Part shown: one piece after another, positions 18,503 through 26,846 of the stretch
How positions within the stretch are numbered: position 1 is the stretch's first letter
Layout of the letters: every line of letters begins with the position of its first letter
From: Lachnospiraceae bacterium
GTDB lineage: Bacteria; Bacillota; Clostridia; Lachnospirales; Lachnospiraceae
Assembly (NCBI GenBank): GCA_963594555.1
Contig: CAVBEI010000001.1
Span: forward strand, 68,034 to 132,033
Length of the DNA: 64,000 nt
Reading direction: 5' to 3'
Translations under genes and position numbers: made by a program
The notes under the pieces: generated by a model
What the model was told of the DNA's origin: nothing
The model's database searches: none
The model's input: only the letters and a program-made list of their open reading frames with translations

Positions 18503-18503
18503 G

Positions 18504-19646
18504 CTACCACCTGCTTCCTACAAATTCCTTTACCTGTGCCTCAGTCGCAAGAATCGCATCCACATTCGGAGTCTGGATATAAGCGATGCGCTCCATGCTC
18601 TCTGCGATGATTTCCGTGATCTGCAAATAAGAGATCTTCTCCTGTAAAAACAGGGCGACTGCCGCTTCGTTCGCTGCATTGAATACGGTTGGCATATTAC
18701 CGCCGCGTTTCATGGCAGTACGTGCGAGAGAAAGTCCAATAAACGTATCCATATCCGGTCTCTCAAAGGTAATCGAGCCAAGCGAAGCAAAATCCAGACG
18801 CTTCGTCTCCATCGGCTTACGCTTTGGATAATACAGAGCATATTGAATGGGCAGACGCATATCCGCAGTGCCAAGCTGTGCGATAATACTGCCATCCGTG
18901 AACTGAACCATGGAATGAATGACGCTCTGCGGCTGAACTACAACCTCGATTTGGTCAAGCTCCACACCAAAGAGCCACTTTGCCTCCATCACCTCAAGTC
19001 CCTTGTTTACTAGAGTAGCGGAATCTACTGTGATTTTTTTGCCCATCGACCAGTTCGGATGTTTCAAGGCATCAGCAAGTGTCACCGTCTCCAATTCTTT
19101 TTTTGTTTTCCCTCTAAACGGTCCGCCGGATGCAGTCAATAAAAGCTTTTCGATCGGATTGTTCTGTTCGCCGTTTAAGCATTGAAAGATCGCAGAATGC
19201 TCACTGTCCACCGGAAAAATCGATACGCCGTATTCCTTTGCTAACGGCATGATCAGATGCCCTGCTGTAACGAGTGTCTCCTTGTTGGCTAGAGCGATAT
19301 GCTTTCCGGATTCGATCGCTGCGATCGTAGGACGAAGCCCCAGCATACCAACAATAGCAGTCACTAGTATCTCACTATCTGCATCTGTGGCAACTGCAAG
19401 CAGTCCATCCATGCCAAAATGTACCGTAATATTCAAATCACAGATGCGTCCCTTTAGCTCTCTTGCATCCTTTTCCTCCCATACAGCCACATGACGCGGT
19501 AAAAATTCACGAATCTGCTGTTCAAATAAATCAATATTATGTCCTGCTGACATCGCACTAACCTGCAGGTCGCCCTGTGTACGAACAACGTCCAGGGTTT
19601 GTGTACCGATCGAACCGGTCGAGCCGAGAATCGCTATCTTTCTCAT
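18504..19646 (-). CDS. dxr: 1-deoxy-D-xylulose 5-phosphate reductoisomerase
   Basis: The start was set at the ATG (MRKIAILGSTGSIGTQTLDV, NADPH-binding motif) behind an AAGGAAG RBS. The ORF-track TTG lies 18 nt upstream. Confidence 0.93.
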   Translation of the reverse strand: MRKIAILGSTGSIGTQTLDVVRTQGDLQVSAMSAGHNIDLFEQQIREFLPRHVAVWEEKDARELKGRICDLNITVHFGMDGLLAVATDADSEILVTAIVGMLGLRPTIAAIESGKHIALANKETLVTAGHLIMPLAKEYGVSIFPVDSEHSAIFQCLNGEQNNPIEKLLLTASGGPFRGKTKKELETVTLADALKHPNWSMGKKITVDSATLVNKGLEVMEAKWLFGVELDQIEVVVQPQSVIHSMVQFTDGSIIAQLGTADMRLPIQYALYYPKRKPMETKRLDFASLGSITFERPDMDTFIGLSLARTAMKRGGNMPTVFNAANEAAVALFLQEKISYLQITEIIAESMERIAYIQTPNVDAILATEAQVKEFVGSRW

Positions 19647-19660
19647 AAAAAATCTTCCTT

Positions 19661-20473
19661 TCAAGAGAAGTAATACGCCAGAAAATAAATCACCGGTGCA
19701 GTAAAGATCACGGAATCAAACCGGTCTAACACACCACCGTGACCTGGAATGAGTCTGCCATAATCCTTGACTGAAAAGCAACGCTTGATGGCAGAGGCTG
19801 TGAGATCTCCGACCATGGATATACATGCACCGACAGCAGAGATGACGGTTAATACCCAGATTTTTGTATAGGTAATATCCATCTGATTTGAAAAAAGGAA
19901 GGCATACAGATGTGTCAGAAGCATCGTGCCTATGACTCCGCCAATCGCTCCCTCTACGGATTTTTTCGGTGAGAGCACCGGAGACATCTTATGCTTTCCA
20001 AGCAGCTTTCCTACGCAGTAGGCACAGGTGTCGCATCCCCAGGAGGATAAAAATATCAGCCATACTGTGTAGGCTCCACGTGTAAGCATCCGTGTCTGAT
20101 ACAAAAAGGAGAACATGACTCCTACATAAAAAACGCCAAAAATCGCCTGCATCATCTGTGTGCTGTTGTATTTTGGATAAGTAAAAATCAGCAGCAATGG
20201 ACATAAAAGCATCACAAGCATGAGATAAAGCATCGCCGGTACAGTCACTCCAAACGTCTGTCCAATAAACAGCAGTCCATAGTAAAGGATCACGAGAAGG
20301 TAGCCCAATATACCAAGTGAGGTCTTGTGAAAACCAAACACCCGATAGAGCTCCATTAGTCCAATCAGTGACAGAGCAAGCGATACGGCCAGTAATACAT
20401 ACCCGCCGCTGCATATTATAAATAATGCAAGCACTACCAATACAATTCCGCTGATCAATCGTGTGCGAAACAT
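19661..20473 (-). CDS. cdsA: Phosphatidate cytidylyltransferase (CDP-diglyceride synthase)
   Basis: 270 aa polytopic membrane protein. It has the C-terminal CdsA signature SAIKRCFSVKDYGRLIPGHGGVLDRFDS. Confidence 0.9.
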   Translation of the reverse strand: MFRTRLISGIVLVVLALFIICSGGYVLLAVSLALSLIGLMELYRVFGFHKTSLGILGYLLVILYYGLLFIGQTFGVTVPAMLYLMLVMLLCPLLLIFTYPKYNSTQMMQAIFGVFYVGVMFSFLYQTRMLTRGAYTVWLIFLSSWGCDTCAYCVGKLLGKHKMSPVLSPKKSVEGAIGGVIGTMLLTHLYAFLFSNQMDITYTKIWVLTVISAVGACISMVGDLTASAIKRCFSVKDYGRLIPGHGGVLDRFDSVIFTAPVIYFLAYYFS

Positions 20474-20476
20474 AAG

Positions 20477-21184
20477 CTATTCCTCCCCAATACCACCGAA
20501 GCGTCGATCTCTTCCTTCGTAGGTATCGATTGCTTTTTTTAATTCCTGTTCGTTGAAATCCGGCCAGGGAACCTCTGTAAAATAAAATTCACTGTAGGCA
20601 AGCTGCCAGAGCAGATAATTCGATAGCCGCACCTCTCCGCTAGTACGGATGAGTAAGTCCGGATCCGGAAGCTCCTTTGTATCCAAATAGCTTCCAAAAC
20701 GGTTCTCATCTAAATCCTCTATCGAAAGCAGTCCGTTTTTAATATCCGTTCCTGCCCGGCGAATCGCCCGCAGCAGCTCATCTCGACTGCCATAATTGAT
20801 CGCGATCGTCAGATTCAAATCATCATATACAGATGAGATGCGCTCCGCCTCGATAATTTGCTTTTGAAACTTATCGTCCAGCCGTGTAATGTCTCCGATC
20901 ACACGGATATGCATTTTATTTTCGTGTGCGGTCTGTACGCATTTGTCGAGATATCCGGATAAAAGCTTCATGAGAGCCTTTACCTCAGACTCCGGTCTCG
21001 ACCAGTTTTCAGTAGAAAAGGCATAAAGTGTCAGATATTTGACACCGAGCTTTTTTGCAGCCAGACAGATATTCTCTACATTCTTTGCTCCTGCAGTATG
21101 ACCGGCATTTCTAGGAAGTCCTCTTTTATTTGCCCATCGTCCGTTCCCATCCATGATAATGGCAATATGCCTCGGAATACTCAT
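20477..21184 (-). CDS. uppS: Undecaprenyl diphosphate synthase (isoprenyl transferase)
   Basis: Motifs HIAIIMDGNGRWA and RTSGEVRLSNYLLWQLAYSEFYF. The ATG at 21184 lies 6 nt after GGAGG. Confidence 0.93.
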   Translation of the reverse strand: MSIPRHIAIIMDGNGRWANKRGLPRNAGHTAGAKNVENICLAAKKLGVKYLTLYAFSTENWSRPESEVKALMKLLSGYLDKCVQTAHENKMHIRVIGDITRLDDKFQKQIIEAERISSVYDDLNLTIAINYGSRDELLRAIRRAGTDIKNGLLSIEDLDENRFGSYLDTKELPDPDLLIRTSGEVRLSNYLLWQLAYSEFYFTEVPWPDFNEQELKKAIDTYEGRDRRFGGIGEE

Positions 21185-21198
21185 CACTTTCCTCCATG

Positions 21199-21234
21199 TA
21201 AAAAATGAGGCATTGCAAATGCAAGCCCCATTTT
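21199..21234 (-). terminator. Candidate partial terminator/attenuator between frr and uppS
   Basis: Minus strand: AAAATGGGGC-13 nt loop-GCCTCATTTT, with one G-U pair, running into TTTTTTAC. The uppS RBS follows immediately, so this is probably a leaky terminator. Confidence 0.35.
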
Positions 21235-21247
21235 CTGTTCCGTTAGA

Positions 21248-21802
21248 TTATACGGTAAGAATCTCTTTTGTCTTTTCGTCAACAGCCTTGTCCACATTTG
21301 CAATATACTTATCTGTGAGCTTCTGAAGTGCATCCTCGAGATCCTTGATCTCATCCTCGGAAATATCATCTGACTTTGACAGCTTCTTAAACGCATCGTT
21401 TCCGTCGCGACGGATATTGCGAATTGCGACCTTTGCGTTTTCGCCTTTTTTCTTAACGTCCTTTGCAAGCTCCTTACGACGCTCCTCTGTCAGCTCCGGA
21501 AATACAAGACGGATCACCTTTCCATCGTTAGTCGGATTGATGCCTAGCTCTGAGGTGAGAATCGCCTTCTCGATTGCCTTAACCATGGAAGGCTCCCACG
21601 GCTGAATCTGAATCATGCGAGGCTCCGGTACATTGACATTCGCAACCTGCTGTATCGGAGTCGGTGTGCCATAATAATCCACGCGCAGCTTGTCTAGTAC
21701 ATGCGGGTTAGCACGACCGGCACGAATACCGCCGTATTCCTCAGATAGATTGCTCATTGTCTTTGTCATCTTCTCCTCGTAAACCTGTAATCTTTCATCC
21801 AT
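21248..21802 (-). CDS. frr: Ribosome recycling factor
   Basis: 184 aa with the RRF pattern (GIRAGRANPHVLDKLRVDYYGTPTPI...). It lies in the conserved pyrH-frr-uppS context. Confidence 0.96.
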   Translation of the reverse strand: MDERLQVYEEKMTKTMSNLSEEYGGIRAGRANPHVLDKLRVDYYGTPTPIQQVANVNVPEPRMIQIQPWEPSMVKAIEKAILTSELGINPTNDGKVIRLVFPELTEERRKELAKDVKKKGENAKVAIRNIRRDGNDAFKKLSKSDDISEDEIKDLEDALQKLTDKYIANVDKAVDEKTKEILTV

Positions 21803-21825
21803 AAATGCTTCTCCCCAAAAATTTA

Positions 21826-22521
21826 TTATACTGTCACAATCGTTCCATTAAATTGACCGTTTACTGCATTTACAATACTATTATCCTCATTTAGTGCAAA
21901 TACATACATTGGCATGTGATTCTCCATACACATCACAGATGCTGTCATATCTACGACTGCTAATTTGCGTTCAATCACTTCCTCGATGGAGATGGTATCG
22001 TATTTTTTCGCATCAGGGTTCACCTTCGGATCGCTGTCATAGACACCATCGATGGCTTTTGCTAAATATATGCCATCTGCTTCTATTTCAATGGCACGAA
22101 GCGTAGTCCCTGTATCTGTAGAAAAATACGGATGCCCGGTTCCGCCGGCGAAAAATACGACCATACCCTTCGCAAAATATTTGTTGGCACGATCCTTTGA
22201 AAAGAGCTTCGTGAAGCCACTGCATTCAAAGGGTGTCAGCACATTCGTCATCATGCCCTGCGAACGGAAGATCTCAGAGACGTAGATACAATTCATGACT
22301 GTCGCTAACATACCGATCTGATCCGCCTTTGTACGGTCAATCGTATTACTGGTACGTCCTCTCCAGAAGTTTCCGCCACCGATCACAATACCGACCTCAA
22401 TGCCGGCATCCACAAGCTGCTTTACTTGCTTTGCAACGCCTACAACCGTCGCCTCATCAAAGCCAAAGCCTTTCTTTCCTGAAATGGCTTCCCCACTAAG
22501 CTTGAGTAGGATTCGCTTCAT
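21826..22521 (-). CDS. pyrH: UMP kinase
   Basis: 231 aa. Contains ILLKLSGEA and IVIGGGNFWRG, in the UMP kinase family. Confidence 0.95.
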   Translation of the reverse strand: MKRILLKLSGEAISGKKGFGFDEATVVGVAKQVKQLVDAGIEVGIVIGGGNFWRGRTSNTIDRTKADQIGMLATVMNCIYVSEIFRSQGMMTNVLTPFECSGFTKLFSKDRANKYFAKGMVVFFAGGTGHPYFSTDTGTTLRAIEIEADGIYLAKAIDGVYDSDPKVNPDAKKYDTISIEEVIERKLAVVDMTASVMCMENHMPMYVFALNEDNSIVNAVNGQFNGTIVTV

Positions 22522-22542
22522 CTATTTATCCTCCGGATCCTA

Positions 22543-23652
22543 TTAATTCTTTTTTGAAAACAGACTCTCAACATCTACATCTGAATAGCACTGTGAACAG
22601 AAGCCTTCAATCACTGCTCCGTTATTGATCTGAACAGAACGCGACTTGATATTGCCCATGATGACTGCTGAGGTATCTACGACAACCGGTCCTTGTACGT
22701 CGATATCCCCCTTTACGGCACCTGCTATGACTGCGGAGGTCGCTGTAATATTTCCTATGATGACAGAACCCAGACCAACCTTTACCGTACCGGAGCTTAT
22801 CACTTCGCCCTCAACATGTGCTGCATCAGCGAAAAATTCTGAAGAAGAGCTGTTTCCTATTACTGTTCCGATCACTGTCAGCTTGCCATTACACTGGATA
22901 TCACCCTCGATCGTTCCCTCGATCTCAAAGGAACCTGTCGTCTCCATGTTACCCTTGATGCGTGTTCCGGCAGTAATTACAGACACCTCGTCTGTGATTT
23001 CGTTTTTATTTTCTGCCTGCGGTTTTTCTTCCGGTGTGCTAACTACATCAGCCACATCTTTGATTGTCTGTTCGGTTGTCATCGTATCCATTTTTTTATC
23101 CTCCTTTATCAGCTCTTCCTTTATCAATTCAAGCTGTGCGTTCGCATCTATAACATCTGTTTCAGATTCAGCATTTATCCCAGGTTCTATATCAGCTTCT
23201 ACATCAGGTTCTATATCAGCTTCTGCAACATCTTCTATCTCAGGTTCTATCTCTGCTTCTACAGCATCTTCTATCTCAGGTTCTATCTCGGATTCTATAT
23301 CAGCTTTTATCTCAGGCTCTACATCAGCTTTTATCTCAGCTTCTATATCAGTTTCTTTCGCTGCATCCGTCTCAGCTGTTGACTGTTTCTCGATCTCATC
23401 TAGTGGTACAAGCTCCTGCTCTAAAGCAATATCCTCTGTCTTTTCAGGCTCTTCTTCTGCAACCTCTTGCTCTGTAATCTTATCCGGTACAGGTTCAAGC
23501 AAGCCGTCTAGTTTTTTTAATTCTGCATCCACATCAAGCTCTCCGTCGAGCGTATTGATCTGGATATCATCCGCCTCGGGGTATTCACCTCCCGGCAAAA
23601 GCTCACCGATCGCCTGTGAAAAATCATCCTTGAAATCCTTAAAAAAACCCAT
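22543..23652 (-). CDS. Bactofilin-domain cytoskeletal protein with long hyper-acidic repeat region
   Basis: 369 aa. The C-terminal ~130 aa shows the bactofilin (DUF583) beta-helix periodicity (GTRIKGNMETTGSFEIEGTIEGDIQCNGKLTVIGTVIGN... AVIEGFC). Residues ~45-190 are E/D/I/A/P repeats. The N-terminus is a short F/K-rich segment, MGFFKDFKDDF. Confidence 0.8.
   Translation of the reverse strand: MGFFKDFKDDFSQAIGELLPGGEYPEADDIQINTLDGELDVDAELKKLDGLLEPVPDKITEQEVAEEEPEKTEDIALEQELVPLDEIEKQSTAETDAAKETDIEAEIKADVEPEIKADIESEIEPEIEDAVEAEIEPEIEDVAEADIEPDVEADIEPGINAESETDVIDANAQLELIKEELIKEDKKMDTMTTEQTIKDVADVVSTPEEKPQAENKNEITDEVSVITAGTRIKGNMETTGSFEIEGTIEGDIQCNGKLTVIGTVIGNSSSSEFFADAAHVEGEVISSGTVKVGLGSVIIGNITATSAVIAGAVKGDIDVQGPVVVDTSAVIMGNIKSRSVQINNGAVIEGFCSQCYSDVDVESLFSKKN
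23175..23355 (-). repeat. In-frame imperfect tandem repeats (24- and 36-nt units) encoding the acidic EIxxEIEP motifs of the bactofilin
   Basis: Units such as caggttctatatcagcttctacat and cttctatctcaggttctatctctgcttctacagcat recur. They encode EIKADVEPEIKADIESEIEPEIEDAVEAEIEPEIEDVAEADIEPDVEADIEP. Confidence 0.8.
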
Positions 23653-23666
23653 ATGCTCCTCCGTCT

Positions 23667-24680
23667 CTATTCACTAATATGGTGATGAATCACCGGCGAA
23701 TCCTCCGTAATCGGCAAAATATTCGCATCCATCTCTTCTAATTGTGATAATATGATCCCAAGTGCCTCAACAGTAGCATCCTTATCTGCTGCATCGTGCA
23801 TCAAAACAACGGAATTTTTATATTTTACGACATCCGTCATTACATTATTCACCAGATCATCCACCGTGTAGGCCTGCGTGGTAGCATCTCCTGAAGCGAC
23901 ATTCCAATCACAGAAACGGACTTCCTGTTCACCAAGAAAATCGATAAACTCATTCATGTCTGTATTGCTCACCTGATTGGAGCTGCCACCTGGAAACCGA
24001 TATAGTGAGAACTTCTTTCCAGTAGCATCATAAAGCAGCTCTGAAAGCTGTTCAAAATCATTTCTAAAAGAATCTATCGATGCATACAGCTCGCTATATT
24101 TATGAGAATAGGAATGCATACCAAGAGAATGACCCTCTGCGACGATCGCACGATACATCTCTGCCGCATCCTCGCCCTCTTTTCCGGTCACAAAAAAAGT
24201 AGCCTTCACTCCATGCTGCTTCAATATAGAAAGAATCTCCGGTGTATTCTCACTAGGGCCATCATCAAAGGTCAGATAGACGTTCATCGGCTCATTTTCC
24301 GAGCGAATATTATCCTCGCTTGAGATACATTCACGCACATCAAACGATGTCTGACTGGTTGAAGAAGCGGCAGCCTTTGTGGATTCTTTTATGCCGGTGT
24401 CTGTATCAGATTCATCTGCAGACGAATCGTCCTCCTGTAAGGCACCTGCATCCGGCTCTACCGGAGTCATAGATTCAATCATCTTTTCAGCTAAAATATC
24501 AATCTGCTCCTGCAAGGACACTACCCGTGCAGCTAAAACTATATCGATAATAATGCACGCAAGCAGCAAAACAATAAAGAATAGTACAATTCCAACCTTA
24601 ATCCGATTGATGCGTGCTCTTCGCTCGCGCTGCTCCTTTAGTCCCTGCGGTGCATTTGTATTCTTATTCGAATCACTCAT
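23667..24680 (-). CDS. Membrane-anchored polysaccharide deacetylase (NodB homology domain)
   Basis: The start was set at the ATG at 24680 (MSDSNKN...). It has one N-terminal TM (VGIVLFFIVLLLACIIIDIVLAA) and a D/S-rich linker. The NodB motifs are VYLTFDDGPS and GMHSYSH. Confidence 0.85.
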   Translation of the reverse strand: MSDSNKNTNAPQGLKEQRERRARINRIKVGIVLFFIVLLLACIIIDIVLAARVVSLQEQIDILAEKMIESMTPVEPDAGALQEDDSSADESDTDTGIKESTKAAASSTSQTSFDVRECISSEDNIRSENEPMNVYLTFDDGPSENTPEILSILKQHGVKATFFVTGKEGEDAAEMYRAIVAEGHSLGMHSYSHKYSELYASIDSFRNDFEQLSELLYDATGKKFSLYRFPGGSSNQVSNTDMNEFIDFLGEQEVRFCDWNVASGDATTQAYTVDDLVNNVMTDVVKYKNSVVLMHDAADKDATVEALGIILSQLEEMDANILPITEDSPVIHHHISE

Positions 24681-24710
24681 AAAACCCTTTACTCCCAATT
24701 GAATAATCTC

Positions 24711-24745
24711 ATTCTACCATATTTTTTGAATATATTGTGTTAGAA
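24711..24745 (-). promoter_or_regulatory. Candidate extended -10 promoter (TGgTAGAAT) for the deacetylase-bactofilin-pyrH... transcription unit
   Basis: The minus strand reads aaaaaataTGgTAGAATgag, with the -10 at 24711-24716. The -35 is weak. It lies between the tsf terminator and the deacetylase RBS. Confidence 0.3.
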
Positions 24746-24795
24746 TTTAGAGAGAAATCCTCATTATTGTCAGACAACGACGAAAAATTTTATTC

Positions 24796-24834
24796 AAAAA
24801 AAACCCGGATTTTTCGATATTTGAAAAATCCGGG
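24796..24834 (-). terminator. Rho-independent terminator of rpsB-tsf
   Basis: An 11-bp stem CCCGGATTTTT/AAAAATCCGGG (24804-24834) with a 9-nt loop is followed on the minus strand by T8. Confidence 0.8.
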
Positions 24835-24859
24835 ACGTATTGTTCCTATAAAAAGAATA

Positions 24860-25942
24860 CTATGCGTTCATCTGTGCAGCTACTTCTGCAGCAAAATCCT
24901 CATTTTTCTTTTCCATACCCTCGCCAACCTCAAAGCGAATCATCTGTACGATGGACAGATCCTTTGATACGGACTCAAGATATTTTCCTACAGACTGCTT
25001 GCCATCCTCAGCCTTTACATAGGTCTGGTCTAACAGACAGATCTCCTTTAACTGCTTAGAGATACGTCCGTCTACCAAGCCTGAGAACATCTTCTCGCCA
25101 AGAATAGTCTCCTTTGCAGCCATAGCAAGTGAACCAAGAGCAGCCTTAGCAGCATCAGATAAGAAATTCCATACATAGTTCATGTTGTTTTTATGCTCTT
25201 CGAATGCAGCGATATCCTCGTCGCTCCAGTTCTTATCATTGATCGCCTTATCTAACAGCTTGTTTAAGATGGGCTTGGGAAGAGTCGTAGCATCATTTAA
25301 TGCACTGTCTACTGTGATCTCTCTCATCTTTGCAAGTGCTTCCTCAGAAATATCTGCTCTGCAGATATACTCAGGGTTCATAGCAGCTACCTGCATGGCG
25401 ATGTTTGTGATAGCTTCCTTTGCGGCATCATCTGTTGCACCGTTTGCAGCGATTAAGACACCGATTCTGCCGCCGCCATGAATATAGGTGGCTACAATAT
25501 CACCGGAAACCTTTTCAAATCTGCGGACAGATAGCTTCTCGCCGATCGTAGCAGTCTTTTCTACGAGTAACTCCTGTAAGCCATTGAGTGCGAGCAGTGC
25601 TTCGATATCCTCACCGTTTTTGCCACCCTTCAAATCAGAAGAGAGTGCAGTATCTGCAACGGTCTGAACGAACTCCTGGAAGGTCTCGTTTTTTGCAACG
25701 AAATCAGTCTCAGAGTTAACCTCTACAACGACTGCAGTATTGCCGTCTACAGCTACACGGGTGATACCCTCAGCTGCGATTCTGCTCTGCTTTTTCTCCA
25801 TCTTAGCAGCGCCGCTCTTTCTCAAAACCTCTACAGCGGCATCCATATCTCCGTCTGTCTCGGTCAGTGCCTTCTTGCAGTCCATCATACCTGCGCCGGT
25901 CATTTCGCGCAGCTCTTTTACCATTGATGCTGAAATAGCCAT
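24860..25942 (-). CDS. tsf: Elongation factor Ts (unusually long, 360 aa)
   Basis: The N-terminal UBA-like motif is MVKELREMTGAGMMDCKKAL. Also present are NSETDFVAKNETF and a GRISKQLKEICLLDQ core. It is adjacent to rpsB. Confidence 0.95.
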   Translation of the reverse strand: MAISASMVKELREMTGAGMMDCKKALTETDGDMDAAVEVLRKSGAAKMEKKQSRIAAEGITRVAVDGNTAVVVEVNSETDFVAKNETFQEFVQTVADTALSSDLKGGKNGEDIEALLALNGLQELLVEKTATIGEKLSVRRFEKVSGDIVATYIHGGGRIGVLIAANGATDDAAKEAITNIAMQVAAMNPEYICRADISEEALAKMREITVDSALNDATTLPKPILNKLLDKAINDKNWSDEDIAAFEEHKNNMNYVWNFLSDAAKAALGSLAMAAKETILGEKMFSGLVDGRISKQLKEICLLDQTYVKAEDGKQSVGKYLESVSKDLSIVQMIRFEVGEGMEKKNEDFAAEVAAQMNA

Positions 25943-25968
25943 TTATTTATCCTCCAAATCTGATTGAA

Positions 25969-26703
25969 TTAGGCCTCTGCCTCAGCAGACTCCTCATCTT
26001 CATAAACTACATTCTCTGCTGCGCCCTGATTTGCCTCTACGACAGCATCTGCCATCTTAGAAACGATCAGCTTTACGGCACGAATCGCATCGTCATTTCC
26101 GGGGATGACATAGTCTAATTCCTCAGGATCACAGTTCGTATCAGCAATACCGATCAGCGGAATTCCAAGGGTATGTGCTTCCTGTACACAGATACGCTCT
26201 TTTTTCGGATCTACGATAAAGATAGCATCCGGAATCTTTTTCATTTCCTTGATACCGCCAAGGTTCTTCTGCAGCTTCTCTAATTCCTTCTTCAGCGCAA
26301 TAACCTCTTTCTTCGGAAGTACGTCAAAGGTTCCGTCCTCTTCCATGCGCTCAATATCCTTCAATCTCTTGATACGGCTCTGGATGGTCTTGAAGTTGGT
26401 CAGCATACCGCCTAACCATCTCTCGTTTACATAGAACATGCCACAGCGCTCTGCCTCGGTCTTGATGGCGTCCTGTGCCTGTTTCTTTGTACCAACGAAA
26501 AGAATGGTACCACCGTTTGCAGCGATGTCTGCGACTGCATTGTAAGCATCGTCTACCATGCCTACGGATTTCTGCAGATCGATGATGTAGATGCCGTTGC
26601 GCTCAGTGTAGATGTAGGGAGCCATTTTCGGGTTCCATCTTCTCGTCTGATGTCCAAAATGAACACCTGCCTCCAGTAACTGTTTCATTGTGATTACGCT
26701 CAT
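25969..26703 (-). CDS. rpsB: 30S ribosomal protein S2 (uS2)
   Basis: The start was set at the ATG ([27 protein letters not shown]) behind a GGAGGT RBS. The ORF-track GTG lies 30 nt upstream. Confidence 0.95.
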   Translation of the reverse strand: MSVITMKQLLEAGVHFGHQTRRWNPKMAPYIYTERNGIYIIDLQKSVGMVDDAYNAVADIAANGGTILFVGTKKQAQDAIKTEAERCGMFYVNERWLGGMLTNFKTIQSRIKRLKDIERMEEDGTFDVLPKKEVIALKKELEKLQKNLGGIKEMKKIPDAIFIVDPKKERICVQEAHTLGIPLIGIADTNCDPEELDYVIPGNDDAIRAVKLIVSKMADAVVEANQGAAENVVYEDEESAEAEA

Positions 26704-26820
26704 TTTTTTACCTCCATTGGTTTGTTCTTCCACGAATATCGCTTCATCGCCTCACCTTACGGCACCAAAGCAACGATCCATTCGTGTGTTTGTTAATCAT
26801 AAGCCTAATAAACATAACAT

Positions 26821-26846
26821 AAGCGCCCGCAGAATGCAAGCGCTTT
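26821..26846 (-). terminator. Weak candidate terminator at the end of the fla/che super-operon
   Basis: The hairpin is AAGCGC..(GC)..loop..GCGCTT. On the minus strand it is followed only by a moderately U-rich tail (ATGTTATGTTTATT). The clean T-run is on the plus-strand side. Confidence 0.3.

Noticed and set aside
19989-21468. Same-strand alternative-frame ORFs 19989..20414 (inside cdsA) and 21184..21468 (overlapping frr).
   Set aside because: They are out of frame with well-supported genes. Their compositions are unusual (W/C/R-rich), and they have no independent start signals.
22646-23677. 343-aa plus-strand ORF antisense to the bactofilin gene, the longest plus-strand ORF in the window apart from the two real plus-strand genes.
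   Set aside because: Its translation is S/I/A/T-rich low complexity, simply mirroring the acidic repeat codons of the opposite strand. It has no RBS and spans two minus-strand genes. The minus-strand product has a clear bactofilin domain.
24737-24967. 76-aa plus-strand ORF in the deacetylase-tsf intergenic region.
   Set aside because: It runs through the tsf terminator hairpin and into the 3' end of tsf on the opposite strand. It has no RBS and is I/L/F/K-rich because the spacer is AT-rich.
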